In this document: positions 49,184 through 57,271 of the stretch, piece after piece
How the letters are laid out: every line of letters begins with the position of its first letter
How positions within the stretch are numbered: the stretch's first letter is position 1
Virus record (IMG/VR): IMGVR_UViG_3300032308_001297
Coordinates: 98,365 to 162,364 of that record
Reading direction: 5' to 3' (one strand)
DNA: 64,000 bases
Origin: a virus
Program-made: the position numbers and the translations under genes
The notes under the pieces: model-generated
The model's input: the letters and a program-made list of their open reading frames with translations, nothing else
The model's database searches: none
Told to the model about the DNA's origin: nothing

Positions 49184-49867
49184 TTATGATGTTGACACAT
49201 ATACTGCGCCACTACCACCTGTTCCTCCATTATGGTAACCACCAGCACCACCACCACCAACAAGTATGCTGCATGTAGAGGCATAACTTGGTCCACTAAC
49301 AGCTTTCGTGAATGCGTTAGTTACTCTACCTCCACCACCGCCAGCACTACCTCCACCTCCAGAACAACCCCATGGAGTTCCGGCAGAACCACCTCCGCCT
49401 CCTCCTCCATTAATAACAGTTCCACCATAACCGCTACCAACACCACCGCCTGTTCCAGCATAAGCAGTTACGTCTATTCCACCGCCACGAATATAACTTT
49501 CTCCGCCAGCAGCGCCAGGAGCACCTCCACTTTGACCTCCACAACATGGGAAAAAGAAACCCATACCGCCCCAACAAACATTTGTATTGGATCCATTACC
49601 GCCATTACCTCCGCCACCACCACCTCTGACGTCAACATTAAAATATTGATAGGCAGGAACAACGAGGCTATATGCACCAGGACTAGTATAAGAATAACTG
49701 GCAGCAACTGGTTTCGAATAGGCACTGGTGATAGATATTTCACCAGAAGAAACACCTAGTAAATATCTAATATCTGAATTATTGAGTTCAGTATATGCAT
49801 TAGAATTATTGAATACAATTCCTGCTATGTCAGAAAACGCTATTTGGCCAGAGGATTGTAACGCCAT
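49184..49867 (-). CDS. Gly-rich adhesin-like virion protein
   Basis: MALQSSGQIAFSDI N-terminus; polyglycine blocks with a Cys-containing loop. Confidence 0.65.
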   Translation of the reverse strand: MALQSSGQIAFSDIAGIVFNNSNAYTELNNSDIRYLLGVSSGEISITSAYSKPVAASYSYTSPGAYSLVVPAYQYFNVDVRGGGGGGNGGNGSNTNVCWGGMGFFFPCCGGQSGGAPGAAGGESYIRGGGIDVTAYAGTGGGVGSGYGGTVINGGGGGGGSAGTPWGCSGGGGSAGGGGGRVTNAFTKAVSGPSYASTCSILVGGGGAGGYHNGGTGGSGAVYVSTS

Positions 49868-50071
49868 TTAATTATCCTTATCGATGTTTTCTGCACCCCA
49901 TTTATTTAAAGGACATGTCGAATCCATGAGAAGAGTTTTCAATAGCATAACACAACCACACTCTTTACATTGAGTAGTAGCTTTATTATATTTCTCACAT
50001 TCAAAGCAAACCAACATACGTTTTTTAGCTATCGTTTTACGTTGCTGGAAGTTATCAGTAATATTAGACAT
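49868..50071 (-). CDS. Small Cys-rich protein (DUF6171-like)
   Basis: R..CFEC..QCKECGC..K..CPLNKW. Confidence 0.75.
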   Translation of the reverse strand: MSNITDNFQQRKTIAKKRMLVCFECEKYNKATTQCKECGCVMLLKTLLMDSTCPLNKWGAENIDKDN

Positions 50072-50110
50072 TTTACTATCTTTAGAGTCGGTAGAGACGG
50101 TGCATATCCA

Positions 50111-50386
50111 CTATTTATAAATCTCCTCGAGCACACGCTCCAGGAACCTCAGTGGTTCACTATCATATGCACCATAGATCGCATAAGACTTCAGTTTGAT
50201 ATGCATAAGATCTTCTGTTTGACGACGAGTATGGTCAGTATTGACAAGTTCAGTAAGATATAAATTGAGTTGATCAGCAATACCTTCAATTTCCTCGCGA
50301 GGGAAGGAATGAGTGAAGAGTTCCCACTGATCAGCTGAGAAGTCACAGGTAACTGTGCGAGCAGTTTTGATTGTGAGATTATTCAT
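50111..50386 (-). CDS. Hypothetical protein
   Basis: YGAYDSEP motif; coupled ORF. Confidence 0.65.
   Translation of the reverse strand: MNNLTIKTARTVTCDFSADQWELFTHSFPREEIEGIADQLNLYLTELVNTDHTRRQTEDLMHIKLKSYAIYGAYDSEPLRFLERVLEEIYK
50112..50119 (-). promoter_or_regulatory. Late promoter TATAAATA
   Basis: Exact consensus upstream of 50071. Confidence 0.65.
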
Positions 50387-50613
50387 AGTAGATACCCTTT
50401 ATTTTCGAACTCAAGACCACGAGATTTAAATTCTCTCATGCATTCTCGAAACTCTGCCTGACATGCCTCACGTTCAGCTGTCTCTTGAGACCAATTGCCT
50501 TCGGCAGCATTATAATAAGAGACTGAACGAGCAAGTCGATGCACTTCTTCTATAAGAGCTTCGTCAGTAAGTGTAGTGTAGTTTTTCATACCATAGGCTC
50601 CGGCGATTTCCAA
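50383..50613 (-). CDS. Hypothetical protein
   Basis: Coupled ORF. Confidence 0.6.
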   Translation of the reverse strand: MEIAGAYGMKNYTTLTDEALIEEVHRLARSVSYYNAAEGNWSQETAEREACQAEFRECMREFKSRGLEFENKGYLL

Positions 50614-50915
50614 GTTTCACAAATACCATACTTGTCAAAATATTTCATAGGATTATTCTCAATACCACTGAGAATAGTCTTAGCCATAGTCTCATCATAT
50701 GTAGCAGCTACAATATATCCTGTAGTCCTATTATAGACTAACCATGTAAACTCACCAGCAAGAGCTCTTGTAGTATATGGTTCGGTGTTCTTACATTTAA
50801 TTGGTGTTGGTTTCATATCAATGATCCGTATTAAACCCTTCGTATCCATCATACCACCAAAATTTCGCACAGTCAAGTAATAACTTCTCCGTGCAAAGAC
50901 CGTTCCTCTGACCAA
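50586..50915 (-). CDS. Hypothetical protein (true start likely MKPTP)
   Basis: ORF. Confidence 0.45.
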   Translation of the reverse strand: MVRGTVFARRSYYLTVRNFGGMMDTKGLIRIIDMKPTPIKCKNTEPYTTRALAGEFTWLVYNRTTGYIVAATYDETMAKTILSGIENNPMKYFDKYGICETWKSPEPMV

Positions 50916-50953
50916 TCATCATGGCCTTATAAAGAGTATACATTGAACAATGA

Positions 50954-51208
50954 TTAGTCATTATCACCTTCTATATGTGGATGGCCAGGAACCGAATCAC
51001 TATCATCGTCTTCTGGCTCTAATTCCTCTATTAACTTTTTACAACGTCTCTTCCAATCATCACGCTGCCACTGAGCCTTCTCATACGAGAGCTCGTGATA
51101 ATCGTTAGCTATAAAGTATACTAAATTTTTGTACTTTTGTAAACGATTAAGTTCAACTTTAAGATCTTCAATTGAGCTTACGCTTTCCATCCCCATCTCC
51201 TTATCCAT
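50954..51208 (-). CDS. Hypothetical protein
   Basis: FIANDYHELSYEKAQWQRD. Confidence 0.6.
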   Translation of the reverse strand: MDKEMGMESVSSIEDLKVELNRLQKYKNLVYFIANDYHELSYEKAQWQRDDWKRRCKKLIEELEPEDDDSDSVPGHPHIEGDND

Positions 51209-51327
51209 ATTGGCCCGAAGTGATATGAAATGTATGGGTCTCCAGAGTTGAACCTTGGTGTTCTACCGATCTCCCAGAATTTAGGGTTCCACAACCAATA
51301 GATCTCTGTCTTGCGATTTAGTAACAT
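51178..51327 (-). CDS. Small Trp-rich protein (49 aa)
   Basis: Hand translation MLLNRKTEIYWLWNPKFWEIG..; AGGAGG SD. Confidence 0.55.
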   Translation of the reverse strand: MLLNRKTEIYWLWNPKFWEIGRTPRFNSGDPYISYHFGPIWIRRWGWKA

Positions 51328-51446
51328 TATTCATCCTCCTGAAATGGTATTGGTCTTAGAATGGACATTGCTTTATTCTCGATCTCAACAAGAGCTCTTC
51401 GATACTTAAACCCATCGTCCTCTAACTTTGCAATATAAGTATACCC
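51327..51446 (-). pseudogene. 5'-truncated paralog of 62276..62491
   Basis: YIAKLEDDGFKYRRALVEI..LRPIPFQEDE*; no in-frame ATG upstream of the homologous block. Confidence 0.7.
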
Positions 51447-51594
51447 ATTGAACTTTCTCCAGTGAAAAAAATTTTTGCGGATTTTTTTTTAAACACGGGA
51501 ATGAAAACGTTTTTGGGTTTCTGGGTTTTGGTGGTTGTGCGGAGATGATGTTTAGTTTCGGGTCCCCCGCACAACATTCATGCTCTCTCTACAA

Positions 51595-51606
51595 GGGGGG
51601 GGGGGG
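51595..51606 (+). repeat. G12 homopolymer next to a sigma70 promoter (51607..51635)
   Basis: Seen directly; followed by TTGACT-17-TATACT. Confidence 0.85.
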
Positions 51607-51720
51607 TTGACTTTAATCTCCCCCTATAGTATACTGATCAATCCTCGATCATACCATAAATCGCAGTCAACCCCAGAGCCACCGGAGCTCCGAAGAGCAC
51701 TACAAACATTACCAAATCAC

Positions 51721-51870
51721 TCATCGACGGATCTCCTTCTCCATAATATATGTCCATTTACCATCAGCCCATTTTTTGGACTTTGTGATTTTATACCCGA
51801 GATCGTGCATCTCTTCGATACGCTTTGCAACGTAACGGAACGAGCCAGAGAAAATAACCTGATGTGTCAT
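51721..51870 (-). CDS. Small hypothetical protein (49 aa)
   Basis: Hand translation MTHQVIFSGSFRYVAKRIEEMHDLGY..; GGGAG SD. Confidence 0.55.
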   Translation of the reverse strand: MTHQVIFSGSFRYVAKRIEEMHDLGYKITKSKKWADGKWTYIMEKEIRR

Positions 51871-51968
51871 ATCAAAACTCCCAGATTGCGAGACCGAGCC
51901 AGATCAGCCAAACATCGTCCTTTATAAGACGACAATCGAATTTCGCGAATTCTTCCATCAGTGTCATA

Positions 51969-52208
51969 TCAGTCCTCCACAATCTTTCCGGCATCATTAG
52001 TAGGAGCAGCCCCAAGAGCAATCTCACGAATCTCAGTCCAAGCACTGTTTCCAGTATACAGAGCATCAGCAGCCCACTGGAGTCTCCAGGCGTACTCAGC
52101 TTCCTGTGCCTGAGAGAGATATTGATAGATTCCGAGGAGCTCTGATCCTTCGTAGCTGGTGGCATGGAATACAGCGTATACGTTCATTCGTTTTCTCCTC
52201 ATCATCAA
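51969..52208 (-). CDS. Hypothetical protein (start likely MNVYAV)
   Basis: GAGGAG SD; YEGSELLGIY. Confidence 0.65.
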   Translation of the reverse strand: MMMRRKRMNVYAVFHATSYEGSELLGIYQYLSQAQEAEYAWRLQWAADALYTGNSAWTEIREIALGAAPTNDAGKIVED

Positions 52209-52428
52209 CTATTACTAGTATACCTGAATCTAGAAAAAAGAAAACACTTATTTTTAAAAAAATGCTCGTTTACTATCAGAACCAGGAGCTCCGCAGAAAC
52301 AACGATCCGTAATAGTAAACGAGCCCAATATTGATTTTTTTCGAAATATAGGGTAGAATGGGAAGATGATCGACCATCCACCCATTCAACTCAGAGCCAC
52401 TGGATCAAGGGCCAGCACTCGGAGACTT

Positions 52429-53001
52429 TTAGACCAGTGCCTTTACCTGATCCATATTGAGGAATTTCGGAGCCTTAAAAGAGTCCAATTCTGCCTCGAG
52501 ATTAGGCACTGCATTCTCGTCGAAAGGCTCATCCGAAACACGAGGCTCGGCGTATTGTCCTTTGGCGTATTTGCGGCCGACAGCCTTAAGACGGGCAAGG
52601 TTTTTCGCACGAATATCGGCGAGCTCCTCGACTGTCTTATCCTTGACTGGCTTACGATCTTTAGTAAAGCTCATATCGTTTTTTGGCTTAATCAGCTTTG
52701 GAGCTTTCGGAGCTTTCGGTGCCTTGGGAGCACGGACAGTCTTAGTAGCACCAACACCATTAGCCAGACCGTTCTTTACTGCATGCGTATAATATGCCTT
52801 GGCACGCTTCAGATCACATGCCTTACCAGGAAGGCCAGAAGCAACATCAGCATCAACGATAAGCTGCAATACTTCGTCCATAGGGAGCGTAGCATTAGCG
52901 TTCATCACACCATAAACAAGACCAGAGCGAGTCATCTTAGTCATCTTCACATCTCCATCATATAAGGGGTCTCTTCCGACCGTATTACAAGTATACCACA
53001 T
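52429..53001 (-). CDS. Hypothetical basic protein with APK repeats (start likely ~52944)
   Basis: (APK)4; GGAG SD; upstream promoter. Confidence 0.75.
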   Translation of the reverse strand: MWYTCNTVGRDPLYDGDVKMTKMTRSGLVYGVMNANATLPMDEVLQLIVDADVASGLPGKACDLKRAKAYYTHAVKNGLANGVGATKTVRAPKAPKAPKAPKLIKPKNDMSFTKDRKPVKDKTVEELADIRAKNLARLKAVGRKYAKGQYAEPRVSDEPFDENAVPNLEAELDSFKAPKFLNMDQVKALV

Positions 53002-53060
53002 TCCGAGAAAAAAACAACAACTATCTTCAGTTTACTATTACTTTTTTTCGTTTACGTAAA

Positions 53061-53213
53061 CTAAGACTCCAGGACCGTATACTTAATGAATTTAGGATTC
53101 TCCTTGTAAAAATCAACATAGTACTTGACTGCAGTACGAGATACATTATAATAGATCTTAGGTAGGACATAACCTTTGAACCATATAACGAGATCGAATG
53201 TCTGTACGTTCAT
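53061..53213 (-). CDS. Small hypothetical protein (50 aa)
   Basis: GAGGTG SD; MNVQTFDLVIWFKG.. Confidence 0.55.
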   Translation of the reverse strand: MNVQTFDLVIWFKGYVLPKIYYNVSRTAVKYYVDFYKENPKFIKYTVLES

Positions 53214-53311
53214 TGTATCACCTCAAGAATTTGGATCAGTACGATAAACACCATCAAACCAACAGCCATCAATCCAATACCAATAATGTTCTGGATATCT
53301 TGGGTTTTCAT
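53210..53311 (-). CDS. Small membrane protein (33 aa)
   Basis: AAGGAG SD; one TM segment; promoter at 53344..53371. Confidence 0.5.
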   Translation of the reverse strand: MKTQDIQNIIGIGLMAVGLMVFIVLIQILEVIQ

Positions 53312-53568
53312 CAGTAGACTCCTTCTTTCAATCCTCATATATGATTATACCCGGATCTAAGAAAAAGTCAACACCCCGTAGATAAAAAAGATTCTAAACT
53401 ACGTTTACTATTACTGGGGGTATCCCTCCCGCCTTCCCTAATAGGATACCTGATCCTGAGAAAAAAGTCAATCCCCTATGATAGTAAACGAGCAAAAATA
53501 AATTATAATTTACTTGTTGCTTTTTTATTGATTTTACGGTAGTATTACTAAACTATAGGAGGCTAATA

Positions 53569-53757
53569 ATGGCAATCGCTCGTAAATATAAACTAGAATT
53601 TTCTTATAATAATAAAAAATTCGAAAAATTAGTAAAAAATGAGGACGAGGCTTATAATATTATTAGCGAATTAATTAATTCCGAATTAGGGGAAGAATTA
53701 AACGATTTAGAAGTATTATTCGACGGGAAAAACGATAGAATAATAATGGTGGAATAA
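53569..53757 (+). CDS. Hypothetical early protein
   Basis: AGGAGG SD; upstream promoter. Confidence 0.65.
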   Translation: MAIARKYKLEFSYNNKKFEKLVKNEDEAYNIISELINSELGEELNDLEVLFDGKNDRIIMVE

Positions 53758-53976
53758 AGTAATTAACTAATAAAATACGTTAATTAATAGTAATTCACTG
53801 GAGCAAATAGTTAATTACTAATGCTTTGGTGGATTGCTGAGTTAATTATAAAGCGATAAACCCCACCACCGAATAACGCATCGATTTCTAAAACGGGATT
53901 TTTAATTCCACTAAAAAAATACGTTAATATCCCTAATTAACGCCCTCCGAAGGAAATCCGAAGGAAATCCTATTCC

Positions 53977-54213
53977 CTATACGGAGTTTATACGCCCTAC
54001 GAATAATTCTAATTCCTTTAGAAAATCTATTAATTCTTCGGTTGTTAATTTAATAGGTTCAATATAGCCTTTATTATTAGAAGGCCAATCAAATCCTAAT
54101 TCTAGGGCTGGTTGCATTAATTCGTTTACTCGGTTTATTGTATTATTCCTAAGCATTAGTTCCATTTCGTTCAGTTTATTTTTGAGAAGGAATAGATCAG
54201 TCATATTATTCAC
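53977..54213 (-). CDS. Hypothetical protein (start likely 54204)
   Basis: AAGGTG SD. Confidence 0.6.
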   Translation of the reverse strand: MNNMTDLFLLKNKLNEMELMLRNNTINRVNELMQPALELGFDWPSNNKGYIEPIKLTTEELIDFLKELELFVGRINSV

Positions 54214-54382
54214 CTTTCATATAATTAAGGTAGTGATTAATAAGAGCGAATAATTCATCATCATTTAGATTTTCAAATAGGTCATAGTCATCATATAATT
54301 CAGCCCAGTCATAACCGTCACGAGGACTATTAGCAGCGAAACCTTTAACAGTATTTAATAGAACCGAACGATAGGTAACCAT
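54206..54382 (-). CDS. Small acidic protein (58 aa)
   Basis: Hand translation MVTYRSVLLNTVKGFAANSPRDGYDW..; promoter at 54411..54438. Confidence 0.55.
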   Translation of the reverse strand: MVTYRSVLLNTVKGFAANSPRDGYDWAELYDDYDLFENLNDDELFALINHYLNYMKGE

Positions 54383-54583
54383 AGGATTTTCCCTTTCAGC
54401 TTATATTATTATTCTACGTGTTTTTGAATAAAAATCAAGCGAAATCTAATAGTAAACTTAATTTTTTAATAGTAAACGAGAATATGGTGTAAAATCAGTC
54501 TCGTTTACCATCAAGTATTTTTGGGCTGGGTGTTTACTTTTTTACAAGAATGGGGTAAAGTAAGTATATAAGTTGAAGGGGAA

Positions 54584-54820
54584 ATGAAAATGAAATATCC
54601 TAATTCCGCCGAGCTCTTGGTTCTTATTGCTAAAACTAAGTTTCGTCCGTTTGACAAATATGATTATATGGCTTTTAGCGGAGTTGAAAGTGATAATCCT
54701 TTAATAGCTGAATCTGAAGATTTAGAATATACAATAGTAATTGACGGCCATATAGTTAATATGCTTTATAGCGAAGACGAATATGGCGGTCAATTATATT
54801 CTCTAATTGAAGGATTATAA
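54584..54820 (+). CDS. Hypothetical early protein
   Basis: SD and upstream promoter. Confidence 0.65.
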   Translation: MKMKYPNSAELLVLIAKTKFRPFDKYDYMAFSGVESDNPLIAESEDLEYTIVIDGHIVNMLYSEDEYGGQLYSLIEGL

Positions 54821-55082
54821 TATGAATATTACCGATAAAATTAATCTAACATGGGTTGATAAAATAGAACGACTCGCCGATAAACTAGAACGAGGCGATA
54901 AGGTTATTAGTAACTTTACTAATGACCAATTACATTACTTAATATACTGGAATTTCGGTTATTCCGGTATTACTACTTCGGATCTTACTATTGCTTGCGA
55001 GGATGAATTAAATTCTCGTGGTATTAGGTATAATGAGAAATTAGCCCAGTTAATCGTTGATAAAGCGGAGGAATTATACTAA
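54807..55082 (+). CDS. Hypothetical protein
   Basis: Coupled ORF. Confidence 0.6.
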   Translation: MKDYNMNITDKINLTWVDKIERLADKLERGDKVISNFTNDQLHYLIYWNFGYSGITTSDLTIACEDELNSRGIRYNEKLAQLIVDKAEELY

Positions 55083-55312
55083 TGAATATCAATACTAATC
55101 TAACCCAATTAACTCGAAATGATATTGTTTACTTACTCGAAAAAAGCGGGTATAATGAGTCTAGTTCCGATATAGAAGAAGTAGAATTTATCGCCGTCAG
55201 TAATGGTAATGTTAGGTATAAAATGACCTATTACGATATTGACGGAAACCAAATGCAGGATAATGTATTCGTCTTTATTGATGATAAAGGCCAAATAGTC
55301 GCTGATTACTAA
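55082..55312 (+). CDS. Hypothetical protein
   Basis: GGAGG SD; coupled. Confidence 0.65.
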   Translation: MNINTNLTQLTRNDIVYLLEKSGYNESSSDIEEVEFIAVSNGNVRYKMTYYDIDGNQMQDNVFVFIDDKGQIVADY

Positions 55313-55325
55313 TAGGAGAATTGAT

Positions 55326-55622
55326 ATGAAATGGTCTATGGCTACTCGTAAAGATTCATTCCTTGCTTCATACCAAGGAGATTGCATTACTACCTATTCT
55401 CGCCTCGTTGAAGTGTTTGGTCCGCCTCACTATACTGAATCTGGTGATGGTAAAATTACCGCCGAATGGATTATCAAATTCTCAAACGGCCAAGTAGCTA
55501 CAATATATGACTACAAAATGGGCTCGACGCCCATGGAAGAATATGCTTGGCACGTCGGCGGAAAAGGACGCCAGGTAGTTAAGCTGGTCAATCAGTTGGT
55601 CGGCGTATTGGTAGCGGCGTAG
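55326..55622 (+). CDS. Conserved phage hypothetical protein
   Basis: LVEVFGPP..DGKITAEW..ATIYDYK..WHVGG. Confidence 0.75.
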   Translation: MKWSMATRKDSFLASYQGDCITTYSRLVEVFGPPHYTESGDGKITAEWIIKFSNGQVATIYDYKMGSTPMEEYAWHVGGKGRQVVKLVNQLVGVLVAA

Positions 55623-55637
55623 GTCGCCTCGTAGGTC
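55573..55637 (+). repeat. Array 1: six WGGTM units at an exact 12-bp period
   Basis: GGT at 55574, 55586, 55598, 55610, 55622, 55634. Confidence 0.8.
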
Positions 55638-55661
55638 CTAAGGTAACAGGAGATAGGTCAA

Positions 55662-55952
55662 ATGAGTGGTATTCGAATTATAGTTGGTGACTCTCAGGGA
55701 GTCTATATTCCAAAATCATTCGTCAATAATTGGTCAGAGGGTTGGTCGGCGATTGAACCCGACGATGTAAAAAATATTGAGGAAGGACCAGAAGCGGATT
55801 TTTATTGGGAGGCCTGGGATAATATATTAAGAGATGCTTTCCTAGTAGATCAGAATGGTAGGGAATGGCATCTATATCAGGACGGCGATCTATTCGCCTA
55901 TTGCGAGGAATTAATGACCGAAGAGGAAAAAGAAAACTTCTTTGGTTATTAA
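55662..55952 (+). CDS. Conserved phage hypothetical protein
   Basis: GVYIP..YWEAWD..LYQDGDLFA. Confidence 0.75.
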   Translation: MSGIRIIVGDSQGVYIPKSFVNNWSEGWSAIEPDDVKNIEEGPEADFYWEAWDNILRDAFLVDQNGREWHLYQDGDLFAYCEELMTEEEKENFFGY

Positions 55953-55969
55953 GTAGGTCGTTCAGATGT

Positions 55970-56034
55970 TGGTCATAGGGTTGGTCGAGGCGTAGGTCAG
56001 CGCCTTGGTCAGCCCACTGGTCGTTGTCTAGGTC
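55970..56034 (+). repeat. Array 2: six WGGTC units at an exact 12-bp period
   Basis: GGTC at 55971, 55983, 55995, 56007, 56019, 56031 (an extra copy at 55956). Confidence 0.85.
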
Positions 56035-56117
56035 AAAGAGTCAGTAGATGAATAAACGAGTCAACAATAAAAACTACTGCAGCGGCGTAAACTAAGCCAA
56101 TTGTAATTCCTAATACT

Positions 56118-56345
56118 CTACTCATCATCCTCTCCAAAATATTTGTCCCACTCTGCTGTCGTAATTCCTGTCTTAATAAACTCTCGTTGGCCCTCGGATA
56201 GGTCAGGGAATGCCTCTTGTATTAATAACTTCCCGTGACTCCAGGCGAGATATCTACGCTCGAAATCTTCCTGCTCGTATTGGTTAATCAGTAGGGTGTG
56301 CCATTGGTCAGTCATTGGTGACTGTTTGGTTATTCTGGCTGGCAT
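56118..56345 (-). CDS. Conserved phage hypothetical protein
   Basis: LIQEAFPDLS..QREFIKTGIT..EW. Confidence 0.75.
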   Translation of the reverse strand: MPARITKQSPMTDQWHTLLINQYEQEDFERRYLAWSHGKLLIQEAFPDLSEGQREFIKTGITTAEWDKYFGEDDE

Positions 56346-56947
56346 TAAAACTCTTTCATTCTACCGTGAATGTCTGCGAGCTTGGCGTCGTTTAAGAATT
56401 GAAACACGACAGAATAGCGAGGCGTCGGGGCGATCGTAGAGATCGGCACTGGCTTATGCATCAGCTTCGAATCAAATAATACTAGTCTACCTGGATCTGC
56501 GGATACTGCTATCTCGCACTCTCCGTCGTTATTCATAAATAGCGTCTCTCCGTGCCAGTCTTTATCCCACGTACTATTAGAGTAATATAATAGCGTCTGT
56601 GATCCCATATCTCTGGGCTCTTGGGCGTCTACGTGCCAGAAATACTTTGATCCCTCGAGAATAGCATTCGCCCAGCAGCGATTTAATATCCTACTATTCA
56701 TCTTCGAGAGAACATATCGCATATTATCGTTATCGAAGAATTCCATATTCTCGACATCTTTTTCGTTGAATGTCGAAGATGGAGTAATATACGCTGAGTG
56801 CTCTTGAAGACTCGTAGAGCTCGCTCTGAATTGAAAATAAGACATACTAACAAATTTATGGAGATAATACAATTTCTGAGGATCAAAGATCCCATCAAAA
56901 ATATGTATCTTCTCACCTGTAGTTAATGTTAGTATCTTTTCTTTCAC
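56345..56947 (-). CDS. 2OG-Fe(II) oxygenase
   Basis: WHVD..TLLYY..WHGETLF..PGRLVLFD..H..RYSVVF. Confidence 0.85.
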   Translation of the reverse strand: MKEKILTLTTGEKIHIFDGIFDPQKLYYLHKFVSMSYFQFRASSTSLQEHSAYITPSSTFNEKDVENMEFFDNDNMRYVLSKMNSRILNRCWANAILEGSKYFWHVDAQEPRDMGSQTLLYYSNSTWDKDWHGETLFMNNDGECEIAVSADPGRLVLFDSKLMHKPVPISTIAPTPRYSVVFQFLNDAKLADIHGRMKEF

Positions 56948-56980
56948 AGGATCATCCTAATTGATTGGTAGTTATATTTA

Positions 56981-57271
56981 TTATTCGTGCACCTCAAATA
57001 TATGCCATACCAGTGTTGTCTTTCTTCCTTGTTGAATAGTCCCAACATAATCATAATGTTTCTTCTCATATTCTTTTAACTCGAACCCAGTCCCGAACAC
57101 GTGAAAGACATAATTACGTTTCTCTTTCTTAGGATTTACGATAGCCCAGATAACAGGAGTATCTCCCTGAACTTGAACATCTAGTATCTTTGCGTTTCGA
57201 GGCATTTCGATCTCAAAAACAGCATTATGATGCATTTCAGAACTGAGTGGATATTTATAAATCATTTTCAT
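56981..57271 (-). CDS. Hypothetical protein
   Basis: IYKYPL..AKILDVQ..FGTG..LVWHIFE family. Confidence 0.7.
   Translation of the reverse strand: MKMIYKYPLSSEMHHNAVFEIEMPRNAKILDVQVQGDTPVIWAIVNPKKEKRNYVFHVFGTGFELKEYEKKHYDYVGTIQQGRKTTLVWHIFEVHE

Larger units (their letters stand above)
52264..54513. repeat. Dispersed operator-like motif TRATAGTAAAC(GAG), about 8 copies in both orientations
   Basis: Copies at 52264, 52310, 53030, 53402, 53479, 54447, 54467, 54500. Confidence 0.8.

Noticed and set aside
51580-51927. 115-aa plus-strand ORF crossing the G12 tract (possible phase-variable gene)
   Set aside because: No SD, overlaps a promoter and better minus-strand ORFs, atypical composition
52366-52965. 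199-aa plus-strand ORF
   Set aside because: Antisense shadow of 52429..53001, which has an SD, a promoter and phage-like composition
53760-53940. CtrA boxes (TTAA-N7-TTAA) in the AT-rich gap
   Set aside because: Many TTAA half-sites, but I found no correctly spaced pair
55573-56034. CRISPR array interpretation of the periodic repeats
   Set aside because: The conserved part is only 5 bp with 7-bp spacers; no cas genes
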